A DNA stretch of 64,000 bases from contig RHPI01002533.1 of the NCBI GenBank assembly GCA_009103225.1, positions 395,911 through 459,910 of the forward strand, read 5' to 3'. The DNA comes from Chlorokybus atmophyticus. Lineage: Eukaryota > Plantae > Mesostigma and Chlorokybus algae. This document shows, one piece after another, positions 53,301 through 64,000 of this stretch. Positions within the stretch are counted from its first letter, which is position 1. Every line of letters begins with the position of its first letter. The notes below the pieces were generated by a model. It made no database searches and had not been told where the DNA came from. It saw only the letters and a list, made by a program, of their open reading frames with translations. The translations under genes and the position numbers were made by a program.

Positions 53301-53599
53301 GGCCTCTGAACTACCTTACGGGTGCACAACATGTGCTCTGAACATCTGCAAGAGCTCACACCTAGCAGTACAAGCAAGGGTACTAGCTTACCTTGCTCAT
53401 GTGTGCTAGTGAGCTCAGCCTGCTTGGATGTTCCAGCCTTGGTTGGTGCTGCTGGAAGTTGCGGTCGTGAGGTGGACGCCATGCACGACTGCTCTTCGGC
53501 TTGCTGCGCTGGTATGCATGGCGTGTTGTGGTCTCTCCTTTGAGCGAATGAAGGACGAAAGGCTTCGGAGCCGCCCGCTGTAGCCTTGCCGTTGCTCAT
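50302..53599 (-). CDS. DRM: DRM-type (circularly permuted) C5 cytosine methyltransferase with three N-terminal UBZ4-type zinc fingers
   Basis: Motif order VI (PLPFYM|LFENV) - VIII (RRPR) - NWEPWDRRRKFNCI - KNLIWD - IX/X (LPEVEEIMGLPKHYT...QAIGATF) - I (VSVLSLFDGIG) - IV (FDLVIGGSPC) - V (LFY). The start is the first in-frame ATG at 53599; upstream exons to ~54306 are unresolved. Confidence 0.9.
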
Positions 53600-55121
53600 A
53601 GCGAGGGCAGCGAAGTTTCTTGCCTTGCGGCAAGCAGGAGCCTGTGGCAAGTTGCAAGCAGCGAGGTGGTAAGCTTTTGAGGTTGCGCTTGCATTTGATG
53701 CAAGTCTAGTCTAGCGCAAACTAGACATGTACAGGCATTGCTTGTGCAAGGCTAAGCAAGTGCCATTATGCTTAGACAACCCGCTTGTTGCCGAGTTAAA
53801 GCATGACACAGCACAACTATTAGGCCATGCACACGACTAGCTAGTCATGCACCGTGTGCATGCATGGTCTTAGGTATTTATTGTGCGCATTCAACGCAAC
53901 ACACGCTTTACATCATGCACCTTGTGGGAATCCCAAAGGTACCATAACCCTTTGTCACAAGAGATCTACAAGGAGGTCTCTTCACAAGTGGCTATAGTTT
54001 AGTGTTGAGAATCCCACGTTGTTAAAGACGTTTCTTGTGAAGAAAGAAGGTAAAACAAAAAGTCGTTTGTGAGAGAGGGCTTGCCAATGTGAGACTCTCA
54101 CCTGGTTGCCGAGTGCTGGGCGCTGTGCCACTGCCTGAGCTCAGCTCAACACACTTCCTAATGCTCTGCTTTGGCCTATGCCTCCAGAGATGGAGCTGGC
54201 CTCGATCCAAGCTGCAAGAAGCGAGAAAACAACCTTCGCCTGTCTTGAAGACCTCAATCCCAGCTTGAGCCATGCCGGCAGCCATAACAGTCTGTCCCGT
54301 CACCATGCTTGCGCCGCCGCCCTTCCACCTTGACAGCTTGATATGCTACACTGACAACAACTGACAGTGCAATGCATGCTACTTGAAAATGCGGATGTAA
54401 TCCTGCCGTTGTCAGCGGCGGCGGTGGCGGCGACGGCAGTGTGGTGCTTTAACTGCTTGAAGCTTGTCAAGGTCAAAGACAGCGTTCAGCAAGGAGGCGT
54501 ACTTGCCTCATTGCTGAATTCCAGTTTTAGGCGCTACAGAGCATGCACACTAGGCTAGCAGCTTGCTTCTTGTTAGTATGGTAGCCATATTCGGCTTGAG
54601 ACGATCGTGGTGGTCCAGCTGTTCGTAAGCATGCATTCTATACTGGAGCAGCTCTGTTCAAGCTCATCAGGCTTGGCCCAGCTACAAGACTGAAATGCAG
54701 GTGAGCATGTTTCTGTGAAGTGGTTGATGACACAATGGCAACTTTGGAGTCAACCAACACAGCGGTACACTCTGTGGTAGAAAGGTTTCTTGACAAGCCA
54801 AAGTGACAAGCAATAGGTTGCATGCTTATAGCTTGGGCGCTGTGTTGCAGCGGACTTCCCTTTCCGTCGTTTCTGCAGATCAAGCGGCTGGCAGGGCGGC
54901 TGAGCTGCTATCAGGCATGGCATTGGCTTCCCTTGGTCCACACGGACGGTGAGTGACGCGTGAGAATGTGTGCGCATACATGCAGGCACGAGTCTTCTCG
55001 TTAGGCATGTGAGTTTAGTTGTAGCTACTAAGCAGCGACTGACCCATATGGAAGCTCTGTCTGTGCCAGCGCATGGCATGCACGCTATGCTCAACTGGTT
55101 ACAGCGTGTGCGAATTGCTTC

Positions 55122-57660
55122 ATGGCTTCGTGGTAGTACTTTTTGCGTGCATGCGTCGCTGCACTTAGTAATCGTAGATGACAGCGTCGGTTGCTGCAAG
55201 CAAAGTGCTTTTGCATAGTTAGGCTGCACCTCTGAAGGTAACCGTCGACACACTCATCGACTGCTCTCAACTCAACCATTGCTCTGTCACTGCAGGCATC
55301 ACATTTTACAGACAAAGGAGCGCGCAGGCTCCGCGGTTGTCAGCAGCATCAGCGGAAGAGTGTTCATAGGTGCAAACATAACAGGCCGTGATTCTCTCCA
55401 AGCGATTGGTACTTTCAGTCTACTATATACACACGTCTTTTTGCTCCAGCAGTTGCACGATTGGACAATGCTGTGGCGCGCTTCCTGGTCGACAACACTG
55501 TACTAGCACAGCATGGTACTTACGGAGATGGGGGCCTGCTTGCCCTTGCGTTGGCATCACAGTGAGTAAGCAAACAGTCTTTGCATGCGGCCATGCACTA
55601 TCCTCTGCTCCATTTTGTGGCTGCATTGACTTTGTATACATGCAGGCTCGTCAACGCGGCGCTGCAGCAATGCGCAACACCAGCGCTGAGGCTCGTGTTT
55701 GTTGAAGGGGTCACATCAGCACTGCACTGGTAAGTTAGATGCAGTTCATGTCCAACGCACAGCTACATGCTGGCTGTGCAAGCATTGTACAATCAAGCGA
55801 CAGCTGTCAGGTGCATGGAGGTATTACATGGCAAGGTGGTCATTGAGTGCAGCTGTGCGCTAGATAAACGTAGTGCTTCCAGCCAAGCTTGCAACTGTGG
55901 TTCTGCGCAAGGGAACACCGCGTCACCTCCACCAGCTGTTCGGTTGAGACTACAGTGGAGCGATCTTCCGTGCATCTTGGCATTGGTTCGCGGTGTGGTG
56001 GCAGCAAAACAAGTAAGTCCTACTTAGCTCCCATCCAGGGTATCGCGATAAACCACTTGATGGTACGCTCAAGTACTTGAACAGGTGTGTGGGCTGACAT
56101 CTTTGGAGGTGGACAAGCTGTGCATCATGCTCGTAAGGGCTTTTATTGCGTCTGTTCCTGATAAACATGATGGCAACCATCTCGCTGATGGCCCGTGTGT
56201 TCGCATTCAAGAGGTGCTGGGCCAACAACCAACTCGCTCGCAACTTGTGGTTGGTGTCGTGCTCGATACGCCTCTTTCACACGAAGGTGTTTATGCATGC
56301 AGTGTGGCAAGCGCACAGTACCCAACAGCCCACTTGTGATCATATCCAGTTACTGACATTGCTGCTGACGCATGGGATTTTTACTAACAGTAGTGCCCTT
56401 TGCAGTCATGGCGTCCGTACCCACCACCAGTGGGTTGAACATAGCAGTGTTCAATGTTGCCTTGGATGTCCAGCACCCAGAGCAGGCCTCACATGCAAGT
56501 GATGGATCTGGCGTCATCCCTGAGGGCATCATCGTGGACTTCAGCAATGAGGCTGAGAGGTTCAGCTTCATAAAGGCACAGATGGTAAAATTGAAGCAAT
56601 TGGCTGCGGCATTGAAAGCGCTCGATGTGCATGTCGTTGCAAGCCAGAAAGTCATTCATCCCGCATTGCAGGTGAGCACTTGCAGCACTTTTGTATGCCA
56701 AAATACACACGCAAAGCTTTGGGCTTGTTGACGGGAATCGTATACATCCTCTTACAGGCCCACTTCCTGTTACTTGGCATACTGCCACTCGAGAGACTGT
56801 CTGCTCGCCATATCCTCCCTGTGGCGCGTTGCACGGGAGCACAGGTAATCAGCAACCTCTCGCCTGATGCCGATCTAAGCGTGTCACTGGGTCGTGTAGG
56901 TGGCATCCGCGTTGAGGAAATCGGTCACAAGAGGTGAGTCGCGTTGCTCTGTGCACAACACTGCAACCAAGGTGTGTTACTGACTCGTGTGAAATGCAGG
57001 TACCTGCTTCTGACCACTTGTGACGGCCATGCAGCGGCTGCTCCCGTCTCCACTCTGTTGCTTTGTGCAAGGAATGACATTGCCATGCAAGAAACAATGG
57101 CCGTCTGCGAGTCAGCTCTCAAAGTTCTGCATCTTGCAGTTGAATCGCCTTGGGCTGTAGAAGGTGGCGGGTAAGCAGCACACAAACACATCCACTGTCA
57201 AGCATAGATACTTGAATGGTGGCAACACACACAACATTCATCCGGCAAAGAAGCCAACTTGGTATGTTGGCTACGTGCCAACACAATCCGTTCAACCCGT
57301 GTGGGTTGCAGGTGCACAGAGGCTTTGCTGGCCAAACACATAAAAAGCAAGCATGCTGAGACGGCATCTGCCCAATGCTACAGCGAGTGGCCCACACGAC
57401 ATAGGCATGCCTTGCGTACCGGGATGAAGGCTGTTGCCACTGCTTTGGAGAGTATATCTCAAGCCATCCAGGGTCGTCGCGCACAGCAAGAGTGGGAGCA
57501 TAGTGACGCGCAGCAAGGCGATGGGGATGAACAGGGCAAGACAGCTTTGGACAGGCCGGCAGTTATTGACTTGGTAGCAGTGAAGTCCTCCGCATTGCAG
57601 ACGGCAGTAGAAGCTGCAGCGCTCGTTCTACAAACGGATGACATGATCCGTGTCACTTAG
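55122..57660 (+). CDS. MKKS: MKKS/BBS6-like group II chaperonin-related protein
   Basis: Colinear with MKKS: YGDGGLL; ACNCG...LPCILALVRGVV; CGLTSLEVDKLCIMLVRAFIASVP; VVASQKVIHPALQ; LLLCARND...CESALKVL...PWAVEGGG|CTE; VIDLVAVKSSALQTAVEAA. Start codon tentative. Confidence 0.85.
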
Positions 57661-57974
57661 ACTGCTGCTGCTGGCTGGTGGAGATGTCGCATCTCGTTCA
57701 GGCAAGTGTTGTTCCTTTGAGTAACCAGTAGTTGGTTGTATGGGCATGACAAGTGGCAGATCACCCGCATATTGCATGTGTGCTATGCGACGAGCTACGC
57801 ATGTACAGAATCTGCGTTGCAGCAGCAAGCTTGACATTGGTTATTGAAAGGGCCAAGAATGCACGTGCAGCTTAGGTCAAGGCGCCACTACGCGTTGATA
57901 CAAACAATGAGTATTGTGATGTGTCAACGTGTAAAAGATGCTCATCGCACATTTATGGAAAGAAGGCTCACTTC

Positions 57975-58320
57975 GGGGAGACCGAGCGACAATTGCTCAA
58001 GGTGCAGTCTCTCCCGGCAGATGTATAAGGTATAAGAGAGGGCCCCCCCAGTAGAAGCACACAAGCAAGCGCACAGTCAAGCACACATCATCACGCACAA
58101 GTCACAGTGCCTAGTACAAACCCTAGTGCTAAGGGGGCTGGCTAGCCAAGTGCACGCCAACCAACCAAGGACGATGCTGACAGTAGGCGCAGTAGCAGCA
58201 GCAATACCTGCAAAGGCGGAGGAAGAAGGAGAGGGAGAGGGGGAGGGAGAGGTTAGGGCCTGACGCAGGCTGACCAGAACACGACCACACGATCAGCCCC
58301 TCGCCGCCAGTGGCTTGCTG
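57975..58320 (-). repeat. Dispersed repeat copy B (shares its right part with 18150-18440 and its left core with 59010-59105)
   Basis: Alignments given under copies A and C. Confidence 0.7.
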
Positions 58321-59007
58321 TTGCGATATAGTCCTGTAACAACAACACTACTATCATTTATCAGTGCACGAGGCAATGTGTGTCCTGCACGCTAACAACA
58401 ACCATAACTATCACACACCAACCCCACCACGCAACCCCAACCGGCACCTAACCAGCCCAGCACCCGAACCGAACACAGCACAACCTGTGCGGAGGGCACT
58501 GGACCAGGCACTGCTGACGTCGGCAGTGCAACGCAACTACGACACAACCCAGCAAACCCTGCTGCGTCGCTAGCAGAGGGCGAGGAAGGAGGCGGAGCCA
58601 GGGAGAGAGGGAGGGGGAGTCCTGGTCGCCAATTTGCATGCTGTCTGCGTGACTGAAAGCGCCAACAACTAACCAACACCCATGTGGGCAGGTGATTACC
58701 AACTGCATATTGACTGCTGCATGTCTAACGGGGTAGAGGCAGTAGATTAGCGTGCTAGTAGTAGCCCGGTGGTCAACTAATTGACATTTGTACGACACCT
58801 TGCATGTATTGCTGCGTGCTGACTGGACTACACGTTGTGCATGCGCATGCATGTCCTGCATTTGATGTACACATACACAACTACCTGTAACTCACAACTC
58901 ACAATGGCTGTAGGCCATATCACAACATAGCCGTTAGGCATACACATGTGTCTCACACAGCACTTCACATACCCTATACACATGCAAACAGGGCATGAGT
59001 CACGCAA

Positions 59008-59103
59008 TGTATACCTTACAGTGTTTGAGCGCATGCCCAAACACTACGGTATACATCTGATCGGGAGAGACTGCACCTTGTTAAGCAATTGTTGGTCGGT
59101 CTC
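59008..59103 (+). repeat. Repeat copy C: structured core, inverted relative to copy B
   Basis: TATACATCTGatcGGGAGAGACTGCACCTTGttaAGCAATTGTtggTCGGTCTC matches the reverse complement of 57978-58030; preceded by hairpin GTATACC-ttac-AGTGTTTG...CAAACACT-ac-GGTATAC. Confidence 0.8.
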
Positions 59104-59514
59104 GTTTGTCTCAGCCATCGTCCCTGAATACGCTGCGAGCGTGCGCTTTGACTGTATGAAGGTTGTTTTGCAATACCATATGATGTGCGTCTTCTCAATC
59201 TGAGTTATGAATGTGCCTCAAAATTGACCGACCCATCGCGTTGCAGAAAATAATGCCACAATGATGTCAATGTCACTGGGTTTCACCTTTTCTTGACATC
59301 TATGTCACGATTGTTCATATCGGTGGCACACAACAAAATGACTTATGTTGTGCATTTTCCCCTTGGGAGCGTGTAACACTGGTCTGAATGATGACCGGGG
59401 TATAGCATGCTGCGCACATTGTCTGCCACATTGGTTGTATATAGGTTTATAGATGTCAACAAGCACACAACAGCAGATGTAATTATTAGCATTCTATTGA
59501 CACAACGCTTACTC

Positions 59515-62407
59515 CTACACGTGCAATGTGAGCCTGTTGAGAGCTGCCAGCTCGTGGAAGATGGCAGCCTCCTCAATCAATGGGTGGAATTGATACACGT
59601 CGTGCTGCGTCACCTGCAATTGCGTGGTGAGTCCATGCAATGTCGTACTGAGGACACTGCGGCTGGCATACCTTTGTTGGCAGGGTGTTGTAGTAGTGGA
59701 ACTGCGTGGCGTTGTGGCTGCACCGCACAAGCAATAGGTCAGTGACGTCAACAACAAAGTGGCAAAGATTTGCACAATACAATTTACTATGGAAAGCGGG
59801 AAGTCCATGCATGCATACTAACGCACGCACGCATGCACTTTTTGTTGGGGTTGCCTCTGCTAGCCTGCTTCTTGCACACTATGCTTGCACTGCATGATTT
59901 GTAAATAACATGTACCCTATGCACACTGTGTAAGGCGAAAGCAACAGTACTGTTCCATGCAGGCGCTCACCTGAAACCATAGAGATGGACATCAGTGCAC
60001 ATGCGCAGCGCAAGCACCACGCCCGCCATGCCAGTGCTGGGCTTAAGACCCCGCTGATTCACCCACTCCCTGCCCGAAAAACATGTAAGTTGTCAACCAA
60101 ATAGTGAACATTCAGTCATTGATGCCTGTTGCAAGTTGAGTACGGCGCTCACCACACGTAGCACCACCACTCGGGGTTGAAGACGTACTGCGTGCGCGTG
60201 AGATAACGCCGCCGGTGCGCCACATACTGCACACACGGACGAGAAATGTATACACCAGGGATGGATGTGCTCGTCACCTTCAGCTTGTTCATGAGCCACT
60301 CACCTTCCTGACGTCCTTCTCATTGCGTGCAGTGAACAGCAAGATCTTGTCCTGAACAGCAAGAGCATACAAATGTGCTGGATACATTGTCCCATCAGCA
60401 TTCCACCACAACATTGCCCCACAGGCAGGACGCGAATGTAGATAATTATCAAGTCATTCACACACCTTGCTGGTCTCTCTGTACCCGAGGTGGTCCACAT
60501 TCTGTATACGGATTGTAGTCTTTGTGCCAACGCGAGACTCGTAACTGCCACACAACCACAGTTCACAACAACTCAATGCACCTGTTGTCAACTAGTAATG
60601 GTCGGACACTTGCTGAGAAATTAAACAGTTGAATTGTCTTAGCCCCACTCACCCTTTAGTAGGTGCGGCATTGAAGCGAATCACCGTGTCACATGCATCA
60701 ATGTCTACACCGTGCTCAGCTTGTAACAGCGCCCCACTGTTCCCCTGCAGGTGACACTGTCAGCAACCTTATACACATTCGCTGTGTGTGCGTGAGTACT
60801 TGTTGACGATGCTTACCACAACGGCGCAGGTGCCGAAGTTTTTGGCGGAAGAGGCGGATACGGGCCCGATCTCGTCTGTCTTGGGGATGACCTCCAGCAG
60901 CTTGGGTTCCACTGCCAGGAGCTGTGTGCATGTGAAAATGACTGTGATTGAGAATGGGCTCGTGCTTCTGTATGCCTATGCAAAGGTGTTTGTGTGTTTG
61001 TGCAAACTTGCATGTCACCTGGTCGTAGTCTCGGAAGTCCATGATGAGATGGCCGCCACATGATATGCTGCCACGCCTGCAGAAGGTAGGTGTGGTTTAG
61101 CGCAGGAAACGTCTTGCGCTCATGCTTCATGCTTCATATAGGTGGTGTGGTGTGCTGACATGTACTGTCAGTACATACATTTCAAACAGCAGGTGGTTGA
61201 GTATGACGTCAAGCGGTCGCTCCAACAACTCCTGCATCTGCGCATTGACAGCAACATGTGGATGAGGGTATTTGTGCCAGACGTGCATGCAATGTACGCC
61301 CACCAGCACACACACGCGCACACCTTCTCATTGAGACCTCGACCAGAACTGTCTTGCTTGTGCTGTTGCTGCTGTTGTTGCTGCTGTTGCTGTTGTGTGT
61401 GTTCTTTTGGCAGCTTCTCCTCAACAACACCCCCGCTGGCCTTTGAAGAACTACTCTCATCCGCAACCACACCTTTGCTGCGACTCTTCATCCCATGTGT
61501 GCCACCCTCAGCACTCTTCACACTGTCCTTTTGTCCACTCTGTGCTTTCACTGTGCTTTCCCATGCCAACCCTCCATCCACGTGCTCGACGTTTTCAACC
61601 TGACCGTCACGTGGCTTGCCAACCGATCCAAAGCGGACCAGAGTGGGTTTGGGCAGGATAGGCAACCCAACACTGCTACCAACAAGACCATCACTTCTCG
61701 TCGTGTTGTAACCTTCCACATCCACTGCAACACTTGATGCAGCACTGTCGTCTTCGGGAGTCAAAGTTGGATCATTTATCCTCAGTGCATTGAGTCTTAT
61801 CAGCTGTGGCTTGGGCAGAATGTATCCCAACTGCGTGTGCGTTGTTGTCGGGTTTTGCTGCTGGCGTTTTTTGTTCATGCTTATAGCGTCTGAGAGAGTG
61901 CGCCTGCGTGAGAGGTAACCCCGCAGGCTCTCGCGCACTATACTGTCGTAGTCCCTCCCTGCCAAACACACACTATCGAGTCGTGCATGAGGACCGCATT
62001 TGTGGTAACCATCACGGTTGCTGCAGCGAGCATGTAGAGAAAGAATGCAACATATCTTGCAACATGACATGACACATGGATTTGCGTGAGGGAAGGTCAC
62101 ACGACGAGTCGCTCAGCAGTGATCAGAGTGAGGTGAAGTACCAAGGCATGGGCTGACACTAAGCTGCGAGAGCGGAAAACTTTATTTTGAGAATATGTTG
62201 ACTTCCAGAGAACAGCACATATCAGGTATACCATGTGACAAGCCATCACATCCTACCACCGAATGTCTCCGTGGTGTGGAGCTCCCCCGCCATGGCCACC
62301 AGCAGCATTCCGAAGAGGCAGAGAGTGCCCGCGGCGGCAGCCCACACCAGCGCTCCTCTGACTCCTCCTTCTCTCACCCCATGCCGTGAACCCCTGGCCG
62401 CCCTCAT
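59515..62407 (-). CDS. GT29 sialyltransferase-like type II Golgi protein with a long polyQ-containing stem
   Basis: Signal anchor (ALVWAAAAGTLCLFGMLLVAMA); L motif CAVV|GNSGALL..HG..IDAHDTVIRFNAAPTKG|YESRVGTKT; S motif PSTGMAGVVLALRMCTDVHLYGF; motif III HYY; VS motif HPLIEE. Confidence 0.93.
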
Positions 62408-64000
62408 CGCCGCCCGCCGCCAGGCCAGGCCAGGCCAAGGCCAACCGACGGCTGCAAGGTGCAGTCTGTGCTAGGAAATGAAAAAAAATATAGGAGTTTG
62501 TTCAGTTAACTGTTAACCGCTTAGGCGCTCCTTCTAACTAAGTATCCGGTTAAGTGAAACTTCATAGCAAACCGCTGATTGAGTTACTGCCTCATCACGT
62601 GACACTGTCATGGTGATATATGGTGATAGTGGAGGCTGCTCTGCTGTGGCCCATGGCATGCAGAACCATGTGCGATAATCCATTCCGAAACACCAAAGCT
62701 CTATTCGCGTTTATCATCAGTGATGTCCTATTGGTAAATCAATGCTGACATAGCTCACGATCTACAAGTCTGATGTTGGGTGCACTGCTCAAAGCTACAG
62801 ACATTTATTCAAGGTAATGCATTTCATGATTCATGTTGCTCACATGGTGCACAAACAAATGCGATTTACATCACAGATACAACAATTTTCGATGTTCAAT
62901 ACATTTAATCTGCCAAATGTTATTCATGGTTTTGCATGAGGCATGCTGCACGGATAGTTTTCGCATGAATTTTCACCTCATCGTGATGTAATGCATTACA
63001 TAAAATGCCTATTTTAAATCTTATTGATTACTATCTGTAGTATTTGAACAGCAGCACGAAGAACATATCCATGGCAATGCGATGACGGAAGCACACGTGA
63101 CATTTTTGCTTCCGGCGCATTTTAAGGTTCGGGTGTCAAATCAGTAAGTTACACATTCGACAATTGATGATTAAAGCACCATGCAAAAGCGAGGAGAGGC
63201 GGCAAAGAAGTAGCGGTGTTCGACGGTTTTGCGCTGCTGCAGGGGTTACATCACGCACGCTTCAATGATACCCCTACCACTCTCCTCGTTGGTGAGGAGC
63301 AAGCAGGATTTTGGCTTACGACATGAGTTGAAGCACTTTGGTGACCATTTGGCACATCTGAGAGAAAAGTTACTCAATTTGAATGACGAGCCTACAACCT
63401 CGCCTACCATCCGGTTTGCCAATTAAGATGTCTACATACTTGAAACCGTGCATGTAGCATGTGCTTCGTAGTGTGACACTATCAAGCTCAATATGCTTAG
63501 CACATAGTGTTTCGCTGAACACCTAGGTAGGTAGAACGGTCTGAACGATTATGTGTGCACCGCTTTCAAGCGCAATGCATAAATTGGCAAGTTGCTTATG
63601 CTTGTGTGTTGGTTTGCAAGTTACATAGACATAGATTCATGCGGATATTCTTTGTTGCAGTACCATCATATAGAGCATCACGGATGCAATGAAGTACATT
63701 AAGAGACGCCGTGCATGAAGCACTTGAGATTTCTATGCATGGACATAAGCTGCAATGGAAACAACTTTCAAGTCATGTGACGGTGTCCATATTGTGCTAT
63801 AGACATGTGTGTTGACATGATTTTTTTGTTGTGTAAGATATATGCAACGTTTGCTGTGATGTGTGTGCTTGTGGTACTAGGAGTGGAAAATTGAGATCAA
63901 TAGTTCCATTAAACGCGGATATTGTACATGCATGTTCTGTAAGTATTGTGATTCAACACGTGTGCGCCTGTGCGTGTGATGGTGGTGGTGGGTGGAGGGG

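Noticed and set aside
54022-54306. ORF MVTGQTV... as DRM exon 1
   Set aside because: Its phase-1 donor joins the next exon in a frame that stops at 53415; left as unresolved 5' leader or uORF.
58015-58040. Resemblance to the Tn5/Nextera mosaic end (AGATGTGTATAAGAGACAG)
   Set aside because: Only a partial, interrupted match, and the same sequence is shared with the inverted copy at 59010-59060, so it looks genomic rather than adapter-derived.
58118-58126. AAACCCTA as a telomerase-RNA template
   Set aside because: Less than the ~1.5 repeats needed for a template; at most a telo-box.
59008-59140. H/ACA or C/D snoRNA reading of the two-hairpin motif
   Set aside because: No ANANNA hinge, no 3' ACA and no RUGAUGA C box; kept only as an unknown structured repeat.
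62480-64000. AT-richer, gene-free end of the window with short ORF 63229-63426
   Set aside because: No recognisable motif, terminal repeat or splice-consistent coding chain.

Overview
Eukaryotic, intron-rich, gene-dense nuclear DNA. It most likely comes from an early-diverging, flagellate-capable streptophyte green alga; this is an inference from plant-type MORC, DRM, GOST and saccharopine-dehydrogenase-like genes, telo-boxes at RPS6 and a ciliary MKKS/BBS6 gene. I read about 18 spliced protein genes by hand-joining exons at GT..AG sites, so outer coordinates are approximate. In order: a broken F-box/zinc-finger gene, a tandem FAM20/PI4K-like kinase, a PPC/DUF296 protein, GLTP, ataxin-10, a 2Fe-2S ferredoxin-like protein, a saccharopine dehydrogenase-like protein, a small RVxW+CaaX protein, GPR107-like, TMEM87-like, RPS6, a bacterial-type sirtuin, MORC, a DDxxD orphan, a TPR protein, a DRM-type DNA methyltransferase, MKKS/BBS6 and a GT29 sialyltransferase-like protein. 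There are also two decayed RLE-type non-LTR retroelement fragments, several hairpins and repeats, a 100-N gap and a ~500 bp (GA)n run. No tRNA, rRNA or CRISPR array was seen. Best leads: (1) a circularly permuted DRM methyltransferase carrying three UBZ4 zinc fingers, each on its own phase-1 exon, where land-plant DRMs have UBA domains; it lies near a head-to-head sirtuin/MORC pair, and a long hairpin sits upstream of the MORC coding exons; (2) a type II membrane protein with two homologous atypical kinase domains, the first showing a reciprocal D/N swap of the catalytic loop; (3) an unexplained repeat family with a structured core (18.2 kb, 58.0 kb, 59.0 kb).
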